Of a stretch of 64,000 bases of DNA, positions 38,129 through 51,897 are shown piece by piece. This DNA is from Eledone cirrhosa (taxonomy: Eukaryota). Both the position numbers and the translations under genes were made by a program. The stretch covers positions 7,130,001 to 7,194,000 of the forward strand of contig OZ024764.1 of the NCBI GenBank assembly GCA_964016885.1, read 5' to 3'. Under the pieces are notes generated by a model. The model was not told the origin of the DNA and ran no database searches. It was given only the letters and a program-made list of their open reading frames with translations. Position 1 is the first letter of the stretch. Each line of letters starts with the position of its first letter.

Positions 38129-41100
38129 CTAGAGAGAAACAGGTCTAAATGTAAGACTACAGCAGTAGGTACATCTAGAGAGAAACAGGTCTAAATGTGA
38201 GACTACAGCAGTAGGTATATCTATGGAGAAACAGGTCTAAATGTAAGACTATATCAGTAGGTATATCTAGAGAGAAACAGGTCTCAATGTGAGACTATAG
38301 CAGTAGGTATATCTAGAGAGAAACAGGTCTAAATGTGAGACTATAGCAGTAGGTACATCTAGAGAGAAACAGGTCTAAATGTGAGACTATAGCAGTAGGT
38401 ACATCTAGAGAGAAACAGGTCTAAATGTGAGACTACAGCAGTAGGTATATCTATGGAGAAACAGGTCTAAATGTAAGACTATATCAGTAGGTATATCTAG
38501 AGAGAAACAGGTCTCAATGTGAGACTATAGCAGTAGGTATATCTAGAGAGAAACAGGTCTAAATGTGAGACTATAGCAGTAGGTACATCTAGAGAGAAAC
38601 AGGTGTAAATGTGAGACTATAGCAGTAGGTACATCTAGAGAGAAACAGGTCTAAATGTGAGACTACAGCAGTAGGTATATCTAGAGAGAAACAGGTCTAA
38701 ATGTGAGACTACAGCAGTAGGTATATCTAGAGAGAAACAGGTCTAAATGTGAGACTATAGCATTAGGTACATCTAGAGAGAAACAGGTGTAAATGTAAGA
38801 CTATAGCAGTAGGTACACCTAGAGAGAAACAGGTCTAAATGTAAGACTACAGCAGTAGGTATATCTAGAGAGAAACAGGTGTAAATGTGAGACTATAGCA
38901 GTAGGTATATCTAGAGAGAAACGGGTCTAAATGTGAGACTATAGCAGTAGGTACATCTAGAGAGAAACAGGTCTAAATGTAAGACTACAGCAGTAGGTAT
39001 ATCTAGAGAGAAACAGGTGTAAATGTGAGACTATAGCAGTAGGTATATCTAGAGAGAAACAGGTCTAAATGTGAGACTATAGCAGTAGGTATATCTAGAG
39101 AGAAACAGGTCTAAATGTAAGACTATAGCAGTAGGTACATCTAGAGAGAAACAGGTGTAAATGTGAGACTATAGCAGTAGGTACATCTAGAGAGAAACAG
39201 GTCTAAATGTAAGACTACAGCAGTAGGTATATCTAGAGAGAAACAGGTGTAAATGTGAGACTATAGCAGTAGGTATATCTAGAGAGAAACAGGTCTAAAT
39301 GTGAGACTATAGCAGTAGGTATATCTAGAGAGAAACAGGTCTAAATGTAAGACTATAGCAGTAGGTACATCTAGAGAGAAACAGATGTAAATGTGAGACT
39401 ATAGCAGTAGGTATATCTAGAGAGAAACAGGTCTAAATGTGAGACTATAGCAGTAGGTATATCTAGAGAGAAACAGGTCTAAATGTAAGACTACAGCAGT
39501 AGGTACATCTAGAGAGAAACAGGTCTAAATGTGAGACTACAGCAGTAGGTATATCTATGGAGAAACAGGTCTAAATGTAAGACTACAGCAGTAGGTACAT
39601 CTAGAGAGAAACAGGTCTAAATGTGAGACTACAGCAGTAGGTATATCTATGGAGAAACAGGTCTAAATGTAAGACTATATCAGTAGGTATATCTAGAGAG
39701 AAACAGGTCTCAATGTGAGACTATAGCAGTAGGTATATCTAGAGAGAAACAGGTCTAAATGTGAGACTATAGCAGTAGGTACATCTAGAGAGAAACAGGT
39801 GTAAATGTGAGACTATAGCAGTAGGTACATCTAGAGAGAAACAGGTCTAAATGTGAGACTACAGCAGTAGGTATATCTAGAGAGAAACAGGTCTAAATGT
39901 AAGACTACAGCAGTAGGTACATCTAGAGAGAAACAGGTCTAAATGTGAGACTACAGCAGTAGGTATATCTAGAGAGAAACAGGTCTAAATGTGAGACTAT
40001 AGCAGTAGGTATATCTAGAGATAAACAGGTCTAAATGTAAGACTACAGCAGTAGGTACATCTAGAGAGAAACAGGTCTAAATGTGAGACTACAGCAGTAG
40101 GTATATCTATGGAGAAACAGGTCTAAATGTAAGACTATATCAGTAGGTATATCTAGAGAGAAACAGGTCTCAATGTGAGACTATAGCAGTAGGTATATCT
40201 AGAGAGAAACAGGTCTAAATGTGAGACTATAGCAGTAGGTACATCTAGAGAGAAACAGGTGTAAATGTGAGACTATAGCAGTAGGTACATCTAGAGAGAA
40301 ACAGGTCTAAATGTGAGACTACAGCAGTAGGTATATCTAGAGAGAAACAGGTCTAAATGTGAGACTACAGCAGTAGGTATATCTAGAGAGAAACAGGTCT
40401 AAATGTGAGACTATAGCAGTAGGTACATCTAGAGAGAAACAGGTGTAAATGTAAGACTATAGCAGTAGGTACACCTAGAGAGAAACAGGTCTAAATGTAA
40501 GACTACAGCAGTAGGTATATCTAGAGAGAAACAGGTGTAAATGTGAGACTATAGCAGTAGGTATATCTAGAGAGAAACGGGTCTAAATGTGAGACTATAG
40601 CAGTAGGTACATCTAGAGAGAAACAGGTCTAAATGTAAGACTACAGCAGTAGGTATATCTAGAGAGAAACAGGTCTAAATGTGAGACTATAGCAGTAGGT
40701 ATATCTAGAGAGAAACAGGTCTAAATGTAAGACTATAGCAGTAGGTACATCTAGAGAGAAACAGGTGTAAATGTGAGACTATAGCAGTAGGTATATCTAG
40801 AGAGAAACAGGTCTAAATGTGAGACTATAGCAGTAGGTATATCTAGAGAGAAACAGGTCTAAATGTAAGACTACAGCAGTAGGTACATCTAGAGAGAAAC
40901 AGGTCTAAATGTGAGACTACAGCAGTAGGTATATCTATGGAGAAACAGGTCTAAATGTAAGACTATATCAGTAGGTATATCTAGAGAGAAACAGGTCTCA
41001 ATGTGAGACTATAGCAGTAGGTATATCTAGAGAGAAACAGGTCTAAATGTGAGACTATAGCAGTAGGTACATCTAGAGAGAAACATGTCTAAATGTGAGA

Positions 41101-44015
41101 CTATAGCATTAGGTACATCTAGAGAGAAACAGGTGTAAATGTAAGACTATAGCAGTAGGTACACCTAGAGAGAAACAGGTCTAAATGTAAGACTACAGCA
41201 GTAGGTATATCTAGAGAGAAACAGGTGTAAATGTGAGACTATAGCAGTAGGTATATCTAGAGAGAAACGGGTCTAAATGTGAGACTATAGCAGTAGGTAT
41301 ATCTAGAGAGAAACAGGTCTAAATGTGAGACTATAGCAGTAGGTATATCTAGAGAGAAACAGGTCTAAATGTAAGACTATAGCAGTAGGTACATCTAGAG
41401 AGAAACAGGTGTAAATGTGAGACTATAGCAGTAGGTACATCTAGAGAGAAACAGGTCTAAATGTAAGACTACAGCAGTAGGTATATCTAGAGAGAAACAG
41501 GTGTAAATGTGAGACTATAGCAGTAGGTATATCTAGAGAGAAACAGGTCTAAATGTGAGACTATAGCAGTAGGTATATCTAGAGAGAAACAGGTCTAAAT
41601 GTAAGACTATAGCAGTAGGTACATCTAGAGAGAAACAGATGTAAATGTGAGACTATAGCAGTAGGTATATCTAGAGAGAAACAGGTCTAAATGTGAGACT
41701 ATAGCAGTAGGTATATCTAGAGAGAAACAGGTCTAAATGTAAGACTACAGCAGTAGGTACATCTAGAGAGAAACAGGTCTAAATGTGAGACTACAGCAGT
41801 AGGTATATCTATGGAGAAACAGGTCTAAATGTAAGACTACAGCAGTAGGTACATCTAGAGAGAAACAGGTCTAAATGTGAGACTACAGCAGTAGGTATAT
41901 CTATGGAGAAACAGGTCTAAATGTAAGACTATATCAGTAGGTATATCTAGAGAGAAACAGGTCTCAATGTGAGACTATAGCAGTAGGTATATCTAGAGAG
42001 AAACAGGTCTAAATGTGAGACTATAGCAGTAGGTACATCTAGAGAGAAACAGGTGTAAATGTGAGACTATAGCAGTAGGTACATCTAGAGAGAAACAGGT
42101 CTAAATGTGAGACTACAGCAGTAGGTATATCTAGAGAGAAACAGGTCTAAATGTAAGACTACAGCAGTAGGTACATCTAGAGAGAAACAGGTCTAAATGT
42201 GAGACTACAGCAGTAGGTATATCTAGAGAGAAACAGGTCTAAATGTGAGACTATAGCAGTAGGTATATCTAGAGATAAACAGGTCTAAATGTAAGACTAC
42301 AGCAGTAGGTACATCTAGAGAGAAACAGGTCTAAATGTGAGACTACAGCAGTAGGTATATCTATGGAGAAACAGGTCTAAATGTAAGACTATATCAGTAG
42401 GTATATCTAGAGAGAAACAGGTCTCAATGTGAGACTATAGCAGTAGGTATATCTAGAGAGAAACAGGTCTAAATGTGAGACTATAGCAGTAGGTACATCT
42501 AGAGAGAAACAGGTGTAAATGTGAGACTATAGCAGTAGGTACATCTAGAGAGAAACAGGTCTAAATGTGAGACTACAGCAGTAGGTATATCTAGAGAGAA
42601 ACAGGTCTAAATGTGAGACTACAGCAGTAGGTATATCTAGAGAGAAACAGGTCTAAATGTGAGACTATAGCAGTAGGTACATCTAGAGAGAAACAGGTGT
42701 AAATGTAAGACTATAGCAGTAGGTACACCTAGAGAGAAACAGGTCTAAATGTAAGACTACAGCAGTAGGTATATCTAGAGAGAAACAGGTGTAAATGTGA
42801 GACTATAGCAGTAGGTATATCTAGAGAGAAACGGGTCTAAATGTGAGACTATAGCAGTAGGTACATCTAGAGAGAAACAGGTCTAAATGTAAGACTACAG
42901 CAGTAGGTATATCTAGAGAGAAACAGGTCTAAATGTGAGACTATAGCAGTAGGTATATCTAGAGAGAAACAGGTCTAGATGTAAGACTATAGCAGTAGGT
43001 ACATCTAGAGAGAAACAGGTGTAAATGTGAGACTATAGCAGTAGGTATATCTAGAGAGAAACAGGTCTAAATGTGAGACTATAGCAGTAGGTATATCTAG
43101 AGAGAAACAGGTCTAAATGTAAGACTACAGCAGTAGGTACATCTAGAGAGAAACAGGTCTAAATGTGAGACTACAGCAGTAGGTATATCTATGGAGAAAC
43201 AGGTCTAAATGTAAGACTATATCAGTAGGTATATCTAGAGAGAAACAGGTCTCAATGTGAGACTATAGCAGTAGGTATATCTAGAGAGAAACAGGTCTAA
43301 ATGTGAGACTATAGCAGTAGGTACATCTAGAGAGAAACAGGTCTAAATGTGAGACTATAGCAGTAGGTACATCTAGAGAGAAACAGGTCTAAATGTGAGA
43401 CTACAGCAGTAGGTATATCTAGAGAGAAACAGGTCTAAATGTGAGACTACAGCAGTAGGTATATCTAGAGAGAAACATGTCTAAATGTGAGACTATAGCA
43501 GTAGGTACATCTAGAGAGAAACAGGTGTAAATGTAAGACTATAGCAGTAGGTACATCTAGAGAGAAACAGGTCTAAATGTAAGACTACAGCAGTAGGTAT
43601 ATCTAGAGAGAAACAGGTGTAAATGTGAGACTATAGCAGTAGGTATATCTAGAGAGAAACAGGTCTAAATGTGAGACTATAGCAGTAGGTATATCTAGAG
43701 AGAAACAGGTCTAAATGTGAGACTATAGCAGTAGGTACATCTAGAGAGAAACAGGTGTAAATGTGAGACTATAGCAGTAGGTACAACTAGAGAGAAACGG
43801 GTCTAAATGTGAGACTACAGCAGTAGGTATATCTAGGGAGAAACTGGTCTAAATGTAAGACCATTGCAGTAGGTATATCTAGAGAGAAACAGGTCTCAAT
43901 GTGAGACTACAGCAGTAGGTATATCTAGAGAGAAACAGGTCTAAATGTGAGACTATAGCAGTAGGTACATCTAGAGAGAAACGGGTCTAAACGTGAGACT
44001 ATAGCAGTAGGTACA
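38113..44015. repeat. 46-bp minisatellite, ~128 copies, made of the intron/exon junction of the 38083-38128 exon
   Basis: Unit AGCAGTAGGTATATCTAGAGAGAAACAGGTCTAAATGTGAGACTAT, which on the minus strand reads ATAGTCTCACATTTAGACCTGTTTCTCTCTAG|ATATACCTACTGCT. Confidence 0.97.
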
Positions 44016-44094
44016 GTGAACCCCTGGCATTCACAGACCCGACATTTGTAGTCCCGGTCATTCAAGGAATGTGTTGCATATATATATATATATA

Positions 44095-44430
44095 TAGGTA
44101 GAGAGACAGATAGATGGATAGATAGACAGGTAAATAGACAAACAGAGATAGACAGACTGACAGATAAATAGCTAGGTAGATAGGTATGTAGAAAGAAAGA
44201 CATACTGACTTATGGATAGAGAGACTGACAGGTGAATAGACAGACAGACAAATAGCTAGCTAGCTAAATAGATAGGTATATAGATAGAGAGACGTACTGA
44301 CTTATGGATAGAGAGACTGACAGGTGAATAGACAGACAAATAGAGAGATAGATAGAGAGACTGACTTATGGATAGATAGACAGACAGATAGATAGATAGA
44401 CAGACTGACTTATGGATAGACAGACAGACG
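44095..44430. repeat. (GATA/GACA)n-rich degenerate repeat
   Basis: Directly visible, with a duplicated ACTGACTTATGGATAGA block. Confidence 0.85.
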
Positions 44431-44499
44431 GGCGTACAAAAATGGGACATGACAAGACATGACGGCAGGGTTTTACATAAATATCATGACTTTAACATT

Positions 44500-47400
44500 A
44501 ATAAATAACAATAAACTATATATAATAAAATAACAATTGTTATCCCCAATAGGGGGGAACGTTACTGCAGGGTTGTTTTACACCCTGTAGATAGAACAAC
44601 CCTTAACACCAGGAAGACGTTTTGTAGGTGTTCCCGTCTTCCCTTTGTTTATCTTCCTCAACCTACAGGTTTATATACAGAGAAGGCCCATTCAATCGGG
44701 CCATTTTTGCCACATTCACCCACCTTTCAGTGAATTTACTGGGGTGTAGCACCTCTCTCTCTCTTCCTTCTGAAGTGATACTTAAAGAAGGGGATAAGTT
44801 GTAGTCCGGAGAGAAAGGTGTTTGCACTCAGTCCTTTTAACCTCGCCCACCATATTACTTCTTTCGCCATAGCCACCAGACAGGAAAACTGCCTCTCCTT
44901 CATTCTTATATGAAAGTGGTGGGGTGATCCTCACGATGAACTCGGCTGACAACTGGATGTATCCCACACATGATAGTAGCTGTTCGACATAATTCCACAG
45001 GTCGGTCATCCCTGGGCACTGAAGAATTATGGGCAGAACGGTTTTGATGTCCTGCTCGCATCTTGGACAGGTCCTTTTGGCAGGATCTCTGCCAGGGCGT
45101 CTGTGCCTGTAGATTTTGTGTCGAACTGGTAGAGCTCCTCGGTAGCACTGCCAGCCCAGAGACCTCTGGAAGCTATCCATAGGCCCTGGGCGGAAAGTCC
45201 TCCCGAACAGACTGGTCAGTTTGTCTTCCTCAATGACTAGAGTTTCCCAGAGAACATCGTCGCACTTATCCTCCACTAATCCCCTATAGAATGTCGATGT
45301 GGAGTCTCCGATGATTGCCGTTTCCACTTGGTAGAGGGCTGTGAATGCCTGAAGGCACTTGAGGTGCCAGGCGCCCATTTTCGGTCTTCGCTTGACCCAG
45401 GGCTGCAGCTCTGTTAGTGAGTCGAGTTGTGGGAGAGCTTGTCTCACAAACAACAACCACACCGGTTCCCTGGTCAGGAATATCTGGAGATGGCGTAGCC
45501 TCAGCGCATGTCTGCGTATCATCAGCCACGGCATGCCCAGCCCTCCTTTAGAAGGGTGTTGACAGCAGCTGGATCTCCTCACCAATGGAGCCTCTTTCTT
45601 CCAGAGGAATTTGAAGCGAAGATGCTTCATCTTGGTGAGGTGATCACGGGGGCAAGGCACAACTGTCAAGTGGCAGTAGATGGCGGAAACTATGTAAGTG
45701 TTTGCTACCTCTGCTCGACCTTTTAAGGAGAGTTTGCACTCAGCCCATTTCTGGGTGAGTACAAACAGACCCTGAGCAATTTCACTGGTCCTTCTGTCCA
45801 GCGTCCAACGACGCTGTCGGAAGGCATGGGTTTGCCTCTCCATGTACCGAGTTGCAAAGCAAAAGACTTGTTCAGTTTTAGTCTTGCTCCTGTCAACGTT
45901 TCATATTTCTGTAATAAGTTGTTGATTACCCCGATTTCCGAGGCTTTCGACACCATTACGGTCACGTCGTCAGCATAGGCCGATGCTGCTTTTCGCATTC
46001 CTGGTTTGATTGGGATGCCTTGCAATAGTTCCAACTTCTGTAGTAGTGGCTTGAGAGTCAGCACATACAGAATGGAGGAGAGGGTCATCCTCGATGGATG
46101 GAACGCATTCACCTTGATTGCCGAGCAGATGCTGGTGTGCATGGCAGCAATCCAGCCTCTGAAGACTGGACCAAAGTCTGCCATCTTGAGAACCACTTCT
46201 AAGTATTGATGGTCGACCCTATCAAATGCCTTAGACTGATCTAAATTGATCAAAGCCCCACCGAAGTCAGGTTTACACCCTACACTCTCTATGATGTATC
46301 GCATGAGGTGGAGATTGTCGTGTATGGACGTGGTTGGGATTGTACACGTTTGTGCTTCCCCCTCCAGGTTCTCGACGACAAGCACCAGCCTCGTTGCTAA
46401 CACCTTGGCCAAAATCTTTAACCCTGTGTTGAGCAGAGCTATAGCCCTGAAATTGCTTATCTTAACCCCCCCCCCCCCCTGTTCTCATCTTTCCTGATCA
46501 GTGTTACTATACCTCTGCCTACAGCACTGGGAATCCTCCTGTTCTGCTGCCAGTTGCAGTAGACTGCTTCGAGGATGCCAGAGAACAAGTCTGGCATGCT
46601 TATGTAAAACTCATAGGGTAGACCATCTAAACCTGGCGATTTGCGTTTCCCATAGCAGCATAGGGCATCTTCTATTTCGTCCGCTGTGATCGGCCTTTCG
46701 CGGCTCTCTGTATCCATGCTCGAGAGTCATGGTAGGCGATCGAGGTAGGAACTGAAGTCCATCACCTCCCTTGACATACTGCTTTGCCCGAACAATTGTG
46801 TAAAGTGCTGTTGGATGGCCGTGCACATCTGCTTGGATTCAAGTAAAATGCGTCCATCTTTGTCTTGCAAAGGCCGAATTGTGGATTTGTTGCTTTTTTT
46901 CGCCTCTGCCATATGGGCCCAGCTAACAGCTTTGGCTTCCTCATTTCTTAGAGCATGTGTTCTACTTCTGACAATACAACCTTCGTGTTTCATGTTGAAG
47001 AACTCGCTGCTAGCACGTCAGCTGTACTGCCATTCCTAAGTGTCTCTTCTACTTTGGCTACCAGTTCTTTTTCAGTTTTGTTCTACTCTAATTGCTCTCT
47101 TGAGAGAGCACCTCCAGCTGTTGTTGATGATGTCCCCACATCAACTGGCGTTTAACTAAAGTGCTAATGCGTTTACTGTAGGCTTTACGTGTTGGGAACG
47201 ACATGTTTAGCTTCCAGTATCCAGGTCCTTGTCTGTGTTGACTATGCAGGTCATTAATTTGTGGTCTGAATAGGCAACTATGTGCATTTGTGGACAGCTT
47301 AACGTTTCCCCCTCATTTGTTCTAATTAGAAATCTATCTAAATACGATCTAGAAGGCCCAGTGCGGTTGCTCCACGTCCACAGTGGTGTACTTGGGAAAT

Positions 47401-48420
47401 CTAGTCAATATCTATCAGCCATTTGGAATTGGCTGATAAGATATTTGAGGCTATTACACCCCCCTCTATTATCACAAGCTCCTACATAGTCCCAACGTGT
47501 ATCTAAGATGCCATTCCAGTCCCCCGCTAACAGTAAAGAGTGAGACGTTCCCAGGAATGGCTGCAGACGCTTAAAGAACTCTGGTCACGATGTTCTATTC
47601 GGGGCATATATGGCCACCAGTCAGAAAGCTCCATCTTCACCACCATTCACATCTAGGACCACCAAATTGCCCTCTGAGTCCAAGTACTTTGAGATCCAAG
47701 TTTTTCTGAAACAAAACAGCAACTTGCCCTCTACCTTCTGGCTGACAGAGAGATGCGTAGATCTCAAAGTCATCTAACATGGGGGTTAACTGCTGCTTGT
47801 TATGAATCCTGGACTCGGTGACGGCTATCACATCTATACAGTGTGACTTGAAATCATTTAGAACCTGGCCCTGTTTCCAGGGCATGCCTAGGCCACGTAT
47901 ATTCAAACATCCAACTTGTATAGTCGCCATGTTGGTGAAGAAGAGTTAGAGAGAGAAAAAGGCAGGAACTTTTAGTTTCCTGGAGGTTGGGTTGTTTGAT
48001 CTTCATGTCCAGATTGGGGGTGTTTAGGGAGGGAGGGATTCCTTTTAGCAGAACACAATTAAGGCATTTTTGACAAGGAGGGCCCACATCATGTGGGAAG
48101 TTCTGTCTCATAGTTTCGTTTTGTAGGGTTGTGACCCAAATTTGTTTCAGGTTTGTGGGTGGGTTTTCCCTCCTGTTTGGATGGTCAGGTCCTTTCGGAC
48201 AGTTTCCACCAGTTTTTTGTTTGTGGTTCTTATATATGTGTAATGTGTTTTTTTTTTTTACGTGTGCTATTTCTGTTTGTAGTTTTCTTTTTGTGGTTGG
48301 GGTTTGTGATTGTGGTGGTGTGGGTGTTTGTTTTGTTGGTGAAATGTCTGGTTGTGTTGGTGGTGATTGTGTTGTTGGTCTGGTTGTCATTTGTGGCGGT
48401 ATGTTTATGTCAGTGTTGGG
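44500..48420 (-). mobile_element. Tx1/L1-clade LINE, decayed (end of ORF1, APE, RT, C-terminal knuckle)
   Basis: MATIQVGCLNIRGL (APE start), KSPGLDGLPYEFY, LDQSKAFDRVDHQYL, AYADDVT, KGGLGMP and CPRC. Several frameshifts. Confidence 0.92.
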
Positions 48421-48496
48421 TATAGATAAATAAACAGACAGATAGATAGACAAATTCAATTTCTTTAATGTTAACAAAAAATAGATAAATACTTAC

Positions 48497-48552
48497 AAAT
48501 AGAATTATCTGGATAATAAAATGCATTGACGGCCATTTCATTTGGAATGGAG
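48497..48552 (-). CDS. M13 peptidase exon: (S)SIPNEMAVNAFYYPDNSI
   Basis: attttcag / gtaagt boundaries, 56 nt, phase 2-1. VNAFY substrate-binding motif. Confidence 0.95.
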
Positions 48553-48679
48553 CTGAAAATAGTGAAGTAAACAGAATTATTCTCAAAGAACAAACTTCTC
48601 ACTGTTTTACAACTTTCCTTGTTTTCCTTTATTTTTAATCACTTAGAATTATTTCTGGTAGACTGTGAAATGAAATTGC

Positions 48680-50300
48680 CTAAGTACATCAGACTTTCCT
48701 ACTTCCTCTCCCTAATCATATGCCCCATCATTGAAATGTCCCCAGATATATGTGACAGCACGGAGGACCTCCTCAGCAGAATCAGCGAAAGTAACCGATC
48801 TAGGGACCTAACAAACTGTATAATAGGTAGTATGGATGTTGTGTCCCTATATCCATCCATTGACGTGGATTTGCTGTGAAGAAATGCGTAGAAATTATCA
48901 GTGAGAGCAATGTTGAATTCCGTGGGATTGATACCAGTGAGCTGGGACTCCTACTTAAACTTACTTATAGTAATGATTATCTAGATACATATGACCTTAG
49001 CAACCTGTGCCCTACAAGACCAGCAAGGGACAGACTACCTACCATTACCTCAATGGCCAAGAAAACCCACACAGATAGATGGAACGGGTGGACCAGAGCC
49101 GTATGGACCCCTGAAAACTACGATGAACTAAAGAAAATGATTGCACATGCGGTGGGGCCAGTATAAGGAACATATGTTCAAATTTAATGGAAAAACATAT
49201 GCCCAAGAGGAGGGAGCAGCCATTGGTGTTAGCATTGCAGGTGACATAGCTAACCTATTCATGGTATGGTGGGACAATAGACTTAAACTTAAAGAACAAT
49301 TAGAAGACAGCAACCTCTTAACCCTGATAATGTACTCCCGCTACGTTGATGATATAAACATCGTAGTAAAAACACCCCTACTAGAGAACAGTCAGGAATT
49401 AGAGAAAAACACCATGGAAAGCATCCAGCAAATAGCTAACTCCATCCACCAGAGTATTAGAGTTACTATAGACTACCCAAGCAAACACCCCAACCATCGA
49501 TTACCTGTACTAGACACAGAGCTCTGGTTAGAAACCATTAATAACAAAAAACAAATACTCCATTCCCATTATGCCAAACCCATGACTTCCAAATATCTGA
49601 TCCACCGAAACTCAGCTGTTTAGGACCACACCAAAATCAACATACTGATTGCGGATTTGGTACGGGTGATGAGAAACGTGTCCTGCATGTGCAACCCCAA
49701 AGAACTAAAGAGACACTTACAACACTTCATCTACCGTATGAAGTTCTCTGGTTACAATCAGAGATATAAAATCAGAGTATATAGAGGAGACAGAACCAAA
49801 TGGTAAAAAATGGTAAATAATGATACAAATGGGACCTGCTCCTTGTATAGGAGCAAATTTTGGAATAGAATAGAAAGAACTAGGAATAAGGTTAATAGAA
49901 TAAACTCATGGTATGATAGCAATAAATACCAGAGTGTAATGTTCATCAATACAACCCCTATAGGTGAATTAACTTACAAATTTAGAAGGGCCCTAGATAA
50001 ACATAAACTCAATATTAAGATAGTAGAAAGACCAGGTACCTCCATAAAAACACTTATTAGCAATACATACCCTTTTCAAAGACCTCCCTGTATAGATAAG
50101 AAATGTATAATCTGTAAATTAAGCCCCCATATTAACTGTAAAACTAGAAATGTAGTATATATAGCATAAGATGTACTGAAGGACAATGTAGAGATAAGAA
50201 TATAGTGTACATAGGTGAGACAGCTCGTAGTATAGGAGAACGGATAAATGAACACTGGCGAGAGCTTCAAGATAGTAAAGAATCATCTGTACTCCACCAG
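48680..50300 (+). mobile_element. Penelope-like element, decayed (RT + GIY-YIG)
   Basis: IIGSMDVVSLYPSID, QEEGAAIGVSIAGDIANLFM, YSRYVDDI, CKTRNVVY...YIGETARSIGERINEH. Contains stops and frameshifts, and is cut off by the 49-bp array. Confidence 0.9.
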
Positions 50301-51897
50301 CTCCCAGTCCACACTGTAAGGTGGTCGTGTAGGAGATAGGGTAAAAAGGCTCCCAGTCCACACTGTAAAGTGGTCATGTAGGAGATAGGGTAAAAAGGCT
50401 CCCAGTCCACACTGTAAGGTGGCCGTGTAGGAGACACAATAAAAAGGCTCCCAGTCCACACTGTAAAGTGGTCATGTAGGAGATAGGGTAAAAAGGCTCC
50501 CAGTCCACACTGTAAGGTGGCCGTGTAGGAGACACAATAAAAAGGCTCCCAGTCCACACTGTAAAGTGGTCATGTAGGAGATAGGGTAAAAAGGCTCCCA
50601 GTCCACACTGTAAGGTGGCCGTGTAGGAGACACAATAAAAAGGCTCCCAGTCCACACTGTAAAGTGGTCATGTAGGAGATAGGGTAAAAAGGCTCCCAGT
50701 CCACACTGTAAGGTGGCCGTGTAGGAGACACAATAAAAAGGCTCCCAGTCCACACTGTAAAGTGGTCATGTAGGAGATAGGGTAAAAAGGCTCCCAGTCC
50801 ACACTGTAAGGTGGCCGTGTAGGAGACACAATAAAAAGGCTCCCAGTCCACACTGTAAAGTGGTCATGTAGGAGATAGGGTAAAAAGGCTCCCAGTCCAC
50901 ACTGTAAGGTGGCCGTGTAGGAGACACAATAAAAAGGCTCCCAGTCCACACTGTAAAGTGGTCATGTAGGAGATAGGGTAAAAAGGCTCCCAGTCCACAC
51001 TGTAAGGTGGCCGTGTAGGAGACACAATAAAAAGGCTCCCAGTCCACACTGTAAGGTGGTCGTGTAGGAGACACGGTAAAAAGGCTCCCAGTCCACACTG
51101 TAAGGTGGTCATGTAGGAGACACGGTAAAAAGGCTCCCAGTCTACACTGTAAGGTGGCCGTGTAGGAGACACAATAAAAAGGCTCCCAGTCCACACTGTA
51201 AGGTGGTCGTGTAGGAGATAGGGTAAAAAGGCTCCCAGTCCACACTGTAAGGTGGCCGTGTAGGAGACACAATAAAAAGGCTCCCAGTCCACACTGTAAG
51301 GTGGCCGTGTAGGAGATAGGGTAAAAAAGCTCCCAGTCCACACTGTAAGGTGGCCGTGTAGGAGACACAATAAAAAGGCTCCCAGTCCACACTGTAAGGT
51401 GGCCGTGTAGGAGACACAATAAAAAGGCTCCCAGTCCACACTGTAAGGTGGCCGTGTAGGAGACACAATAAAAAGGCTCCCAGTCCACACTGTAAGGTGG
51501 CCGTGTAGGAGACACAATAAAAAGGCTCCCAGTCCACACTGTAAGGTGGCCGTGTAGGAGACACAATAAAAAGGCTCCCAGTCCACACTGTAAAGTGGTA
51601 GTGTAGGAGAAACGGTAAAAAGGCTCCCAGTACACACTGTAAACGTGGTCATGTAGGAGACACGGTAAAAAGGCTCCCAGTACACACTGTAAACGTGGTC
51701 ATGTAGGAGACACGGTAAAAAGCCTCCCAGTCCACACTGTAAACGTGGTTGGTGTTAGGAAAGGCATCCAGCTGAATAGAAAACCTGCCAGAGACACTTC
51801 CGAGCGAGCGAGACACGGTATCGCGACCATTCCCGCATCAAATGGAACAAAACCGTCTAACCCATGCTAGTGTGGAAGATGGACATTAAACGATGAT
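50301..51897 (+). repeat. 49-bp minisatellite (~29 copies, part as a 98-bp dimer) ending in an RTE 3' tail
   Basis: Unit CTCCCAGTCCACACTGTAAGGTGGCCGTGTAGGAGACACAATAAAAAGG. It runs into GGTTGGTGTTAGGAAAGGCATCCAGCTG...AACCCATGCTAG...GATGAT. Confidence 0.94.
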
